From positions 1,713,721 to 1,777,720 of the forward strand of contig CM120648.1 of assembly GCA_051362555.1 (NCBI GenBank): a DNA stretch of 64,000 bases, in the 5' to 3' direction. Every line of letters starts with the position of its first letter. Position 1 is the stretch's first letter. A program made the translations under genes and the position numbers. The stretch comes from Lingula anatina (taxonomy: Eukaryota > Animalia > Brachiopoda). The notes beneath the pieces are model-generated. The model did not search any database and was not told the origin of the DNA. It saw only the letters and a list, made by a program, of their open reading frames with translations. This document shows positions 1 to 13,200 of this stretch, piece by piece.

Positions 1-3000
1 AGGGGGGGGGGGAAGTTGCTGTAGGAGAGGATATTACTATGATGCAGATTTGAAATTGTGCCATATTTATTATTAGCGAAATATTTATTTGCTAAGTATT
101 GGTGAAGCAAGCATTATTATTAGATTGAATGTTTGGATAAAATGTAGTGCTTTAGGGATCGATTTTTTAAAATTGGGGGTGGGGGAGGGGTGTTGCACAG
201 GGGACATTTCTTATGATAACTTCATGATAAAACATAAGTTAAGGTAAAAATATTTATCATTGCAAGTATATTATTAGCAGAGGTGGGAGTTTTCCTTTTA
301 TTGAAGATGGTTTTCTCCTTTTTATATGGAAAAGATTACTTTGCAAATGTGCTGGATTTTATATCAAATAATGTTAAACTGGAATTATACCTTGGATATT
401 TTCAGATTTTTCTCTTCATTTGAGAACATTTCTTGAATGTTCAGTCCTTAAAATAACTTCAGGTTTCTGCTGTCTAAAATTGTTGATTTGCTTCATTCTT
501 GTTCATTTTAAAAAATGTTTTAGGATAAGGCATAAGGCAGAGTATATCCAATAATGTATCAAACCCAGTGACTTATTTTGTCTAGTCAGTATTGTATTGG
601 AAAGATAAGCAGTCTGTACGGGCACTTACTATACTGAACAAAATTGGGAAAGAGAATTTGTACAAATATAAATGACAAATTTATTTATTTAGTCAAAGGA
701 GAAATTGTTCAAATTTTATGGTTAAGGATCACAGTTACATATTATGGACATGGTATTGGCTTTAATGGCAAACAAGTAGTGAAGGAGAAACCAGGGTCCA
801 AAAAAACATTAAATGGGAGGGGGGGTGGGGGGGGGGGTGATTATTAGCACACAGACTCATGTCTAGACCAAACTGGAGGAAAATGGTTGTAATCTGATTA
901 TTCAATGACTTTGGTAATTTTTGATGTTAAAATAAAAAAGTCTAGCCTATTTGAAAGAGTCAGTACACAGTTTGTTTATACCTGGTAAGCCGTCATTGTA
1001 TATTAAACACATCTGCATAAATATTATAATCCCTTCAATTGAATTAATTTTCATGTATCATGCTTTAACACACATACACACACACACACCCTTATGCATA
1101 TATATAGAAGTGATTTTTTTTTCTGCTTCTCAGTTGCTCATGTAGAATATAGGACTTGCCAAACTAAATTGCTTGATGGTTCCTAGTTTACTCTAGGCTT
1201 GTGATGGGTGCAGATAAATTCTATGCCATATGTACAATGAATTAGGTAGCTATAAAATTTGTAATGAAATATGTTCCTGGATAGTGCATAGCAACCCTAC
1301 CTCTTACTGAAACAGTAGTAAAAGTGTATTAGGCAGGAACTACATTATGCAATCTTTTTTAGCCCAGTATGGGAAAATAATATAAAATCATCAATAGAGA
1401 TTTTGCAGGATTGGGAAGAGAGTGGGGTCAGAAATAATGGCAGACAGAATTTATCCATGGATAATATTTTTATTTTCATTTCTATTAAGTTCTGCCAGAG
1501 GGCAGTCTGTTGCACAACAGTGATTTTACCATGCTTGCAGGATTTTTAGGTGTATTTGGCACTGAAATGTCACTGAAGTAAGTTCAGTCAAAATGGAATC
1601 CTTTTCCTTATAATCTGGGATTCACGGCAGCTTTGTATAGTCATGGCTTGCATTACTGTCATATTATAGCAATAAGGTGTGGTCACATTTAGACAATATT
1701 TTCCACAATTTTATTAAAATACCCTATCACAGTATGTACATAAGGCACATTTTATACCTTACATAAGGGCACACAATGCTTTACTCCAATACAGCTAGCA
1801 TACATTGGGTCAAAGTTGGTGGTTTACATGAAGACTAAAATTGTCAGTTCGGTGAAAGACTCATTATGTTATTCTTTGAATAACTTGAAGCCACTGGCTG
1901 CAATTTTACATGTTAGCGCGAGAGCAGTATTGTGTTCCAACTGCTGAGCAGTTGATCTCCTTAGAATAGTTTAGTTATGCAGTGCTGCCCCCAGTGGTGA
2001 TTTTTTTCAGTCACACCAATCACTGTCAGTCATTGCACAGTGCTGCCTGTAGTGGTAATCATCAAAGTCACAGTCAACAGATTTGCACGTCTTTTGTATT
2101 TTTCATTACTGGGAGGTAGTCTGCATTTGTTGTATTCATATACATTTATATGTATTTAAATCATTATATATGAAGCTATCAGGTGCTACTTTCAGAGCTT
2201 CAGCAGGTGTTGACAACTTAGCTGAATTAAATATAATAGATCTACAGACAGAAGATGAAGACATATATAGAGCAACTTCTTTAATATATTCAAATGTAAG
2301 GGGAACTAATTACAGCGTCAGATTTTCACATCTCTTATAAAACAAATTATTTTCTTTATGAAAGGGGCAACAACAGCTTCAGAGTTAAACATCTTGGAAA
2401 AATATGGATAGCTTTAGCTGTGGTACCCAATCACCTTTAGTTAATAAAATAATTGTGAGAATCTAGTATAAAAAAATCACATTTATTTATTTTGTTCACT
2501 GCTTTTTTTATCAAGCTTTGTTGTCAACTCTGGAAGACTTCTGCTTTCATAATTATGCCATGGTGTTTGTAAGGTGAACTTCATAATAAAGTGTTATTTT
2601 ATCTGAACCCATTTCATGTTTTGTGACTCGGATATGAAAGATTCTGGATATGTACTTATCATTTAGACACTAGATGGAAGGGAGAGGGTCGGGGGGGGAC
2701 ATCTCCAGAATAGAGCCTATTAACCTGGATAAACTCGTTTCATGATGAAGATGATATCACAGACAGAAATATTGGAGGTGATATTAAAAGTAATTTTTTT
2801 TTTTTGGGGGGGGGGGGGGGGAGATGCACCTTTAATAGATGCCAGCTTAATATTGCTGGACACTGAATACTATTGGATCTATTGACTTGACCTGATCAAG
2901 GATTTGTGCTGGAAATGAGAGGATGCATGACATATACCAGCTATTATGCTCATTAATAAACAGAGGGTATTCCGAGAGTGCAGACTTCTGGCATGGAAAA

Positions 3001-3308
3001 ACTCCATGAAAAATTCTTTTCAAAATATATAATATCCTCTAAATCTCATTGGAATTTTGTAAAGGACTCTTTGAGAAAGGTCTATCTTGTCCACTAATAA
3101 CTGAACAGAAAAAGCCACACCAATAAAAATGTTCCCTCTAATTAACAGAGGTAATGAATGAACAACCTCTGTGGGGAGAGGTCAAAGCTTGTTAGTTATA
3201 TAAGAAGTGACCTTACATGCTTATTTGCTTGAACTGTAGCAGCACAAAGTACCTAGAAATTTTGGTGTCCAATCCAACTGCATCAAAATTAAATGTTTAT
3301 TTGTGCTA

Positions 3309-5248
3309 TCAATCATTCTTTTTGTCAGAAATCCACCATTTAACATCTGGCCCATTACTTTCTATAGGTTTGACAATTTCCAAAACAGTGGGGAAATAAA
3401 TAGTATCTCTAATCTTATACTCCCTCCCTGCATCTCTAAAGGCAACCCTTATCCTGTCACGAACTGTCTTAGGGTTGTCCCAATTAGTCACAGGGGTATC
3501 TGAGGGAAGATCGTGCTGAGCAAATGAAATTTCTGGTTGTAAAAGTATATAGGCATGATCAGAGTCAAAAGCATATCTTGAGTGGTTAACTGGGTAGCAG
3601 GGTGCAAACGTCGTCACAAAGAAAGTGATTTTGTTGAACTGGAACACCCATCCTCTTTTGGCGATAAATGACTGCTTCATGCAATGCACGCCAGAAGGAT
3701 CGTAGTCTGATATTGTTGTCAGAACTCTCCGCACAGCTTGTCCAAATGTCTGGAAATGAGGAAGAAAGAATCGATTTAATCACAATAATATTAATTATTA
3801 TTATAGTAATGATGATGTATTGAAATCCTACTTTTCTTTAGAACTGCGTGGTATACTAATTTTTTTAACCATTTACTTGATTTTGTCCGAAGATAAAACA
3901 ATTTTCCTGCATGGCTCAAAAGAACTGGAAAAATACTAATAAAAAAGTAAGATTAAAAAAAACAAAACAAAACAAAACAAACAAAACATCTTATACAGTA
4001 AGCCTTTAGGGTCAACACTGACAGAATTTCCTAAATTCAAAACATCTGGATGTTCTGAGCACCTCCCATTTCATGAATTATGACAAAAAGGATCATTATG
4101 TTATTTTATTTAATTTCTTCTGTACAGAATTCATGAAACATTACCGTACATACCTGGACATTCTTGCCATAGTCTCCTGGAAGTTCATAGACAAAACCAT
4201 CCAGACCAAGAGGTTCACATAAACATGTAAACTTGAGGAAGGTTGGCACACTTTGATATATATTGTGTTCTGAAATAAATAAATAAATAAATAAATAAAT
4301 TAATTAATTGACAAATAAATAAATTAATTAAAGAATTGTGAAGATGACATACTATTGTTGAGTGCTAAATGAAACTAGTAAAATATGAGAAAATGGAAAA
4401 GCACTTTAAAACCTCTGCCAATGCAACTCAATTTTCATTATCATAAATTATTATTAATCATCTAATAAATTAGCATAAATCTAATTATTAGTTAATAAAC
4501 TTTAGTATGATTTAATTTTTCATTCTTTAATTACCTCATCTTAACACATGCCTTTATATGTACATACCTATACTTAAATCATAATTCCATTTCGGAGAAC
4601 CCCATAACCGTGCCTTCTTTGCAAATATGCATTCTGTGTTCATTTTCAGACTCTCAAAATTTGCTAAAGAGTCAACGTCCTCTGCATCATAGGTCACAAG
4701 TTCAGTGACCTTGTGCTCCATAAGGTCAATGACCTTTCTTGGAAGGTCATCAACACTGATTTGTGGCTTGCCTTTCAAAGGATTCCTATTGGATTTTGGT
4801 ATTGCATCTCTTTTATCTTCAGCATCATTTAATGCATAAAGTGAAACTGAAACAAAATAAAATAAAAATAGGTTTTTGGTTTGGTACAGCAAATGAGCTA
4901 ATTCGAAAAGAAATTAAAATAATTCATTTTTACAGAGTATTTTTACCTTATTTCTCTATGTACCCCAAGCCTTTTTAAAACAATCAAAATACATAGTAGA
5001 CCAGCTTTTAGACATGCCCCAAGCTTTAAATTTTCAATTTTGGCAATCATGGTCCTATTAAAATTTTCCATTTTACAGTTATTCAGTAGGTGGCGAATAT
5101 GCTTGTATACACACGTACCTAACAATGCCACAAATGCAGTCAAAGAAGACCAAGATATCACAAGAGAAGTCCCCAGGAACCCTAAGAAGCATGAAATCCT
5201 AATACATAATATAAGATTGGATCTGTACTTATGAAGAGTGTTCCACAT
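3309..5248 (-). CDS. Uncharacterised YqcI/YcgG-like protein with N-terminal hydrophobic anchor (~321 aa, 4 coding exons)
   Basis: Coding exons 5248-5119, 4846-4568, 4269-4154 and 3749-3309 have GT/AG ends and compatible phases (966 nt). ATG context is ttcaccATG, with a probable non-coding exon upstream ending near 5633. Motifs ECIFAKK, GWVFQFNKITFFVTTFAPCY..HSRY, LLQPE.SF and VRDRIR resemble YqcI/YcgG (PF08892) blocks. The gene model is solid; the family call is by eye. Confidence 0.75.
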
Positions 5249-5729
5249 GGTGAATCAGCAGTCTGGCTTTAAACCTGAAAATAAATACGTAATACAGATA
5301 AATGTTAGGTAAACTACTCTGTTTTAAGATTTTAAAACTAATTCTGATTATATTTTTCTCTTATTTTTTTAAAAGTTGCTAGTAATAGTATAAAACTCAG
5401 AGTCAAAAGTCTTTCCCCATTTTTTAAGTCATTTATGGTTTTTGATCTTTACTCTATGCGTCTACATATAGTACATATAAAAATGCAAATAAAAGAACTT
5501 AAGAATGTTTTCCGTGCTGAAATTAAAGAGGTCTTCAGTGATCGATTTACAATTAATGTTCATATAAAAATCCTGCATGACACTCAATACGAATGCTTGC
5601 AACTTACTATAGTACATGTATAGATTGCTCACCTCCTACGCGCACCCAGCAAGGATTACCACTCTCTCCAAAACTTGAATTATTTTGTAAACCTTTGTAA
5701 ACGTTAATATGTACGTACATTATCAACAA

Positions 5730-6600
5730 GTCAAAGCTGACGTCATGCCATGTTAATTTCAGTGGCAGTGTCAAACGTTCCACCGTGGAACTTGTACCCG
5801 TTTTTCTTCTAAATCTGACCAAATCGAAATATTTTCCAGCGATTCTTACAGCTGTACACTACAATTCGATTTTCTAAACACCACCTTATTTAGAGTAGCA
5901 TGTCATGCTTTATCAAGACAAGAAACTTAAGAAAGAAATCTACATTTTATCAGAGAAGTTTGTTTATCCCGGAAGTAGCTCTTCACTATGCGGAGGTATG
6001 AAACTGACAGATCGAAAACAAACCCAAACCCACGTGAAGTAGCTCACAGGTATTGACACGTTTATCACTTCGAGAATTGTCAGCTGATAAGTGATTCTGC
6101 TGTACTGGGTCACGGTATGTACCATTGTAATTATTTATATGGCTTGGCCGGTTAAAGCCAGTCGGGATTTATCAGAAGCGTCCGTTATCTGAAACCTATC
6201 ACAGGTGGCAGTGCCGCGTAACAGGCATTCGGCACGTAGTGACACTGTGCGTTGCGTGATCCGCATAATCGTACAGTAGCTCGTGTGTTTACGTTGTTAC
6301 AGGGCCAGTGTCGAATAAGAGCTCATACAATAAACATGCAGAACAGGCAGATATACATTAAACCAGTGCTCTTGATGGGGCGCAGATCAAATATGTGGAC
6401 GCGTCATCCACTAGTTATACAATGTATAATACCAGGACTACTGCCTGGTAAAATTTAAATTAATAGAAAAAACAAGTGGGATATAAAAATGCCCTACTTT
6501 ACACTGGCCAAACGGACCGACCAAGCAGCAACCGGTTAAGACCAGACCTTACAAGACCTGACATTTCCAAGTACTCAGTACTAAACCCTAATATTTATAT
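5730..6600. promoter_or_regulatory. CpG-enriched, probably bidirectional promoter between the YqcI-like and dehydrogenase genes
   Basis: CpG is locally enriched relative to the flanks, there is a perfect CRE palindrome TGACGTCA at 5738-5745, and the genes point away on both sides. Confidence 0.5.
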
Positions 6601-8377
6601 TTTATACACACATTTTTGTGTCAGCATCAGTCTGTGAACAGAGTTTGTACAGTTTGTCTTGTGTCAAGAGTCTGTGGTAGGTACTTGGTCTGTTTAAGTC
6701 ATTTGTCTGCCTCTTGCACTCCTGTCTGTTTATTTATTTATTCTGTTTATTGACTGATCATGCAAGATCTAGAGACAGTATTAACTGCTGAGATCAATGT
6801 GAAAATGTAATCTGTGGCAGCGTGAAACTGTGCTGTCAGTAGTGGGGATTTGGTGAACTGATTAACTGTAATTGGCAACAATGTAATGAAAAATGAGCAG
6901 TTTTTCAAAAAAAAATGTTATTTCAGTAGGTGACAGTAGTGTATTGTGTTTAAGGCTGAGAGGTATGGGCCTATACTTCGTCAGTGAATCTAAAAACCAC
7001 AAAACAACTATAAAGAACACCACATTATTGTAGTCTATCAAGATGAAAGGAAAATACTGTGGAAAAAAATTTCAGTGACTGATAAAATATACATGTACGA
7101 GTATATGTCATGCTGTTTTTATTATTTATAGACTATTTATATAATATAAGAAGTGTTATTCTAACTTAGAAAGTAATTGTTTTAACATTTGGTTTTTAGA
7201 TTCATAAATTGATCAAAGTGATAGGCTAAGCCTAGTGTGGGTGAAACTGAAGTCCCCATCATGAAGAAGATTATATTAAAGGCAGATTTAAAAAAAAATC
7301 ATTTTCACCTGAACTTCACCTGTATATTTCAGACTAGGTGGTCTGGATAAGATGCCGATTTCAACATTCTTGCCTGTTTTAACAGATAAGTATGAAAGGA
7401 ACACTGGCAGCTCTGAAATTGTTTGATACACAAAGTAGACCATGGGCATTTTATTATAAATGTTATTGATATATGTGGAACAAGTGGAAAGAAAAAATTT
7501 AAGGGTTTTGATTGTCACTTAAAGTTATCACTTGACGTGACACTGGCCGAAATAAAGTGGTTCAACTGCCTGCTTCTCAGAGTGAAGATACTATATCTCT
7601 GTGTCCCTGTATCATGTGCCCACTTTGCCCTCTCCCCCTCAATCCCCCTCCCAGAATTTTCTTTTAGTTTTATTGTTACTATGTTTTGGTATACATATGG
7701 TTTGGTTTCGTGGCAGAGTATCGTCCGGTCATGTTGGGTACTGATGGGTTTGGATTGGTGTTGTTCAGTCTCGGTCAGTGTCGATGGGTCATTTTTTTGT
7801 AGGACCTCTTTTAAATTGTCCTCCTTGAACCCTGAGTCTGATGTTATGAATAATTGATATTATCTTTTCTAATATTGAATTACAAAAAAAAAATCAGACT
7901 TTCAATTTGGCTCTGGGATCTATTGGTACAAAGCTGGGATCTTAACTGAAACTTCACAGGAGTGGGAACTTTCAATTTGCTATGTGTCCCAACCCCTTAA
8001 TGCTTAGTTTATCCAGTTTAAAATAAGGTCATTATATAAGAGAAGAACTTCATCAGCTGTGTAATATTTGTCATTTGAATTAAATAGTAATTTTTCTTCA
8101 ATCAGCTGATTCCAACCCTGATGAAGATGCTCTAGACAGGCATCAAATATTGGAGGTAAAGCAATTTCAGCATTACATGTTGATAGAAGAAAAATTACTG
8201 TTAATCCAAAGATCATTAATGTGTTTGTCAAGTAAAAATTTGAAAAAACAATACATCCATCACTAGTTGTCTTATCTTGTGCTTCTTCCCAGTAATGTCA
8301 GTACTAGTACTAGTAATCAATTCCATATGTATTTTGTATTTATATCTAGATGTTATAAAACCAAAAGTAGAGTAGAG

Positions 8378-8551
8378 CAGGGTGGGATTTAGGCTGTCTT
8401 CTGGGTCTTCCGGAAGACGGTCAGATTTTCAAGTTTTCATTGACAGGTACGAGTATCTAATTTTTTCTGTCAGAAGACGGTCAAAAATGGAGGCTGGATC
8501 AGCAAAGATAATTTGGAAGATGGTCAGAAAATATCTGTGGATCCGCCCCTG
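8378..8551. mobile_element. hAT-like MITE (CAGGG...CCCTG), family A copy 1
   Basis: Short terminal inverted repeats, a 5-bp flanking direct repeat TAGAG, and a clearly homologous copy at 14900-15065. Confidence 0.7.
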
Positions 8552-10285
8552 TAGAGAGCCTGTTAAATGTAACCTGTACACATTTTAGTGCCCAATAAAG
8601 ATGGTTATAAAATGGTATTAGTAATAGAATTGAGTTATACCCAGCCGGCTGCAGCATTCTGGCCTCATCACACGCCATTCTGCAGCTTACCTATTACCAG
8701 CATATTCCACCTACCTCTGAGTCAGCTGTTTTGACAGGCATATTGTTTTCAGTTATGCTGGTTTACATCAGCCACACAGAGAGGTATATTGAAATATGCA
8801 GGTAGTAGAGGTGTGTTTTACATAGACAGAAATTCAATGTCTTATGTATTTCCCCTATTTTAGGTCTCTGAGCTACATGCGCTTGAAATAATTTCAATGC
8901 AGTTGAATCCTCTGGTCCTGAGCCCCTGTACTCCTATTGGCTATCATAAACAAACTAATTATTTGGATGGCAAATTGGAGTTTTTTTAAAAATTAAAAAT
9001 TAAATTTCTGGGTTTTGACAGTCAGTTTGATCACAGTCCAGAAGACAAAGCAATGTACAAGCTAGGCACTCAAAAAAGGACTTTTTATATAAAAAATACA
9101 TAAGTGCAAGCATCTCGTAAATTTGATTTATTTCCATTATCTGTGATGATAATAAACACAAAGAAAATTATGTAATTGGGCATATTGCTAGTAAGTAATA
9201 ATTTCTTTAGAATGATATTGTAGAAATTTGCCTCCAACACATACACCAAAAGCCCCCTGTATGATCTCATTTTCTAACATTCGAGAGAATTTCTCATTGT
9301 CCTTTTCAAGGTAGCACTTAGCCTTGGCAGTGTCATTGGTCACTGCAGACCGCATTATATAATATTTTGGACACTATAGTTATCTATATGGCTGTATATC
9401 TTAGTGTGGACATATTTGGTCACCCTGGGCAAACATTTTATGTGAAACCAGGAGGTGAAAAATCGGCACATTGTATTGTGCTGGGGAAGATAGTCCCGTC
9501 AGGATCCAAATTAAGGTACCTGTTATATAGTTTAAATGTGGCATAAAAAGTACTAGCATATAACAGACACAGAGTTTATTTCATGGAGATCAAATTCATA
9601 CATATACTTACTTTACATTAGTGTGCATGGAAAAAAGTAAGAAACACACATTTTATAAGGAATATTCAGTTCAAGAGGATATATATATACATATATAAAC
9701 CAATCAAAATTTCATGAATGTTAATTAGCCATGGCAAGTTAATGCATGATGGTTTCCTCAAGAAGTTATAAAGAAGTTATAACTTCTTGGTTTCCTTAAT
9801 GCTGCTTGTATCCAGTTTTATACTTTAAATGGCTTGTAATTTGCATAGATCTACAATTACTTTATATCTTATCCCAAGTTATTTTTCCACAAGATCAATT
9901 CACAACATATTTGACTTTTTAATATGCTGGTACTGTAGTGTGTTCATGTTGGTGATATTTATGGTTTTAGCATTTGTGTTTTTAAAGCCCCTGTGACACT
10001 TCAGACATTGGGCTTGCAATTAGAGCTTAGAAAATAATTTTTTGCCTACTCCCCCCCCCCCCCTTATTTTTGAAACTTTGACAATATAAGACAGTCAAAA
10101 TCAAAACCATGCATCAGTGTTACTGATCTTTAAATATTCCCAAGTGAGAGAGCTTTTTCGTTTCTTACATGTTGTGGTCAAAATTGGTTCTGTACTAGTA
10201 AGTAAACACAATAATGGTGTAACTGGGGCTTCACATTTCAAGAATTAATTTTATTATTCTTTTTTCTCTTTCTGTAAGTGACGAA

Positions 10286-13200
10286 ATGGAGTGTCACAGC
10301 ATGAAAGACCCTCTTGGCGTTGCCTTATTCGGTCTGGGACGAGCTGGCATGATACATTTCCTGAACCTGATTCGCTGCTACCGCGTTCAGCTGAAGTATA
10401 TCATTGATCTCGATATCCCCAAGATCAAACAGTTGCTAATACAGTATCACCAGCGTCATACTGTTGCTCTTACTCCTGAGGAGGCAGAAAAAGTATACAA
10501 CGATGAAAGGTGGGTTCTGTTGCATACAGGTCTATATTTTCGGTAGTTCTGTAAATCTGGACTCAATTGCACACAAGTTTCAATTTTGTCTGATATGTCG
10601 CCCTCACTTACAAGTAAATTGGCTATCTCTGTTGATAGAGGGTAGGGAATACCCCCCCCCCCCTTAATCACCAATCTCCAAGATTTAAACAGCTCAATCA
10701 CCAATCACCAAGATATATTCAGGCCAATCACCAATCACCAAGAATTCCTGAATCATGTTTCACGCAGAATATTGGGCTAAAATAACGCATCACGCTCGAA
10801 AAATAAGGCCAATCACGTGTAACGCAAAAGGTATTCCCTACCTTCTTGATTTGACACTGGCTGAAGAGAGAGATATTATCTTTTGTTGATAATTATTATT
10901 TATTGCATGAATTTTGCTTTTTCCTTTTGGCAACGATATCTTAAAAAAAGGATGTACTTTGTTTTGCTTTTAAGTTGCTTGAGTCATTAGTAGGGATGAA
11001 AAAAAAAAAAAACGGAACCAATCAAAAATATGCTTCAGTATTTCTCTTAAATATGTCGTAAATTTTTATGTGATTTTAAAGATGTATTTTTCTTCATTTA
11101 TCTAGCTTTCTTCTTAATCTTGTTTAGCTTTTTTTTAGGGGGGTGCGGCTGTTTTGTGTAAAATGACATCTGCTGTTACCTTTTCAGTCTTGATGCTGGA
11201 ATGATTCAAGATGTTTGACAGTTTCTGCTGACTTATTTGATATTATTTCTGTCATTTTGAGAGCACTGACTTTAACACAAAATCAAATATCCCCAACCAC
11301 ACTTGCAAAGAGTAGACTTAGCAGCAAATGCTGTCATATGTGCACCTTCCCTGCATTGAACTGTATGAATAATGAAAGCACTAATAATACAAAAAAAAAA
11401 AAAAAAAAACAATGTATCTTTGGGTTTTTCAGTTGCCATGTTGACAAACTCACAATAAAAATCTTGGAAAAAATGAATGTATAAAATTGCTGTAAAAAAA
11501 GAATTTTGAAAACGTAAGGGGTGTATGTACTTTGCCTTCACTGTAAATTATGATTTTTTTCACCCTTTGTTTTCAATTGTTTCTCCAATTTCTATGACGA
11601 AGAACTGCAAATTGTATTGTTGAAAATCTATGTTTTGTAGTTTGTAATTAAACAAATTTTTGATCATTTTTTCAAATTTATTTGTGTGAAATATCACATA
11701 TTATTATATGTGAATGGCTTAGAGGAATCTTATTCACATTTACTAGATCAGTGTTAAAGAACCTTTATTATTATTATTAGTTAGATGTGAGATAGGTTTT
11801 AAAAACTTTAAATAATTTGTGATCATATTGTGGTGCCCAGCATAACTTGTTAACTGTGATTTGAGTTCAGATCATGAAATTTTCGGTGATATTTATGGAT
11901 CATTTGAATGTCCATACTGTCATATTTTTTATTAGAACTTTTAAGTTTAATGTTCTAAAGACGAAAAAAAGTCAAAGTCATTTTTCACTGAATGTTCAAA
12001 TTAAAATTTCTAAAGACAGGAAAGTTAAACCATTAGAGAAAAGCCTTTTTGCCACCCTCCCCTAAAAATGTTGCTACTGTATGTCACCGAGGAGATTATG
12101 AAACAAGTAAAAGAAAAAGTTTAACATAATCTTTTATGTATTACAATCTTCTATTGATTTTTAAATGGCATCATATAGTGTGTGACAGCTTAATTAAAGT
12201 ACATATTCTGTACTAGTACCCTATTTCTATACATTTTGTGGTCAACCTGAAAGTTACACTGGATTCTTATTACTCTCATTTCCCCTTCCCTTTGCTATCA
12301 GAATCTGAAGTACAGGCCATCCCAATTTGTTTTGATCTGGAGTACAGGCCATCCCAATTTGTTTTGATCCAATCAGAAAAGGTTGGAAATGAAGTTGAAA
12401 AAAAAAAACCCTTGGGCAATTGAAACTTATCCTCTGGTTGGTTGATAGAGGAACATAACTTGGCACCAATGTTGAGCTAATCAATGGGATGGCCTGTTCT
12501 GAAAGTCTTGATAACATTGTAAGGTGGAACCGCGGAGGTGATTAGGATCTGGTTTTCTTAAGGGGCCTGTTTCACAAAATGATGAAAGTTTTTGTGATTA
12601 GCTAAGAATGCTTAACTTGGATAGTGCGGTATGTCATGTCAACCTTGTGATATCAGATATTTATATTTTATGTATATATTTAGAGGCATGAAAAACATTT
12701 CCTCAGCATGTCACTGGCATAAAGACGTTTCTGAAAATTTTACACTTCCTATCGAAATGACTCTCAGAACCACAGTAATTTGGCCTTAGCTCTTATTTTT
12801 GGGACTGATCACAAGAAGATAATCAGCCTCTTATATTTTTTGTGAAACAATTTGGTTGACTATATGTGATTGTTGGCAATCTTAGCTAAGTCAAATAATC
12901 AACCAACGATTCTTTGATATTTGTGAAACAGCCAGGACCATATTGTATTGTACGTGGCATGCTTTAAATTTGTATATATTTACAGCGTTGGAGCAGTATT
13001 TGTCTGCTCCCCAACTTTTACGCACCAGGAGATAGTGCAGAATGCACTCAGAAAGGGTTAGTCATCGGATCATTTGCTGTTGAATTTATTTGGAGTAAAT
13101 TTTAATTAAAAAATAAAGCAAAATAATAATTTAATTTCTAAGAATATGATAACATTATTGATCAGAAGTATTTTTGGTATACTGGGTAGTTGGGACACAT

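Noticed and set aside
1-3300. Short ORFs at 644, 951 and 2083
   Set aside because: Low complexity, no motifs and no consistent splice structure; probably 3' UTR or intergenic sequence.
4943-5118. C-terminal half of the 101-aa ORF 4943..5248
   Set aside because: It lies after the donor at 5118 and is intron read-through.
5607-5822. Minus-strand ORF as first coding exon of the YqcI-like gene
   Set aside because: Splicing it to the next exon gives GGT TTA AAG CCA GAC TGC TGA, an early stop, so it is treated as a 5'-UTR exon with uORFs.
12302-12368. 32-bp direct repeat (and a 30-bp one at ~48004-48062)
   Set aside because: Simple two-copy local duplications with no spacers and no link to splice sites.
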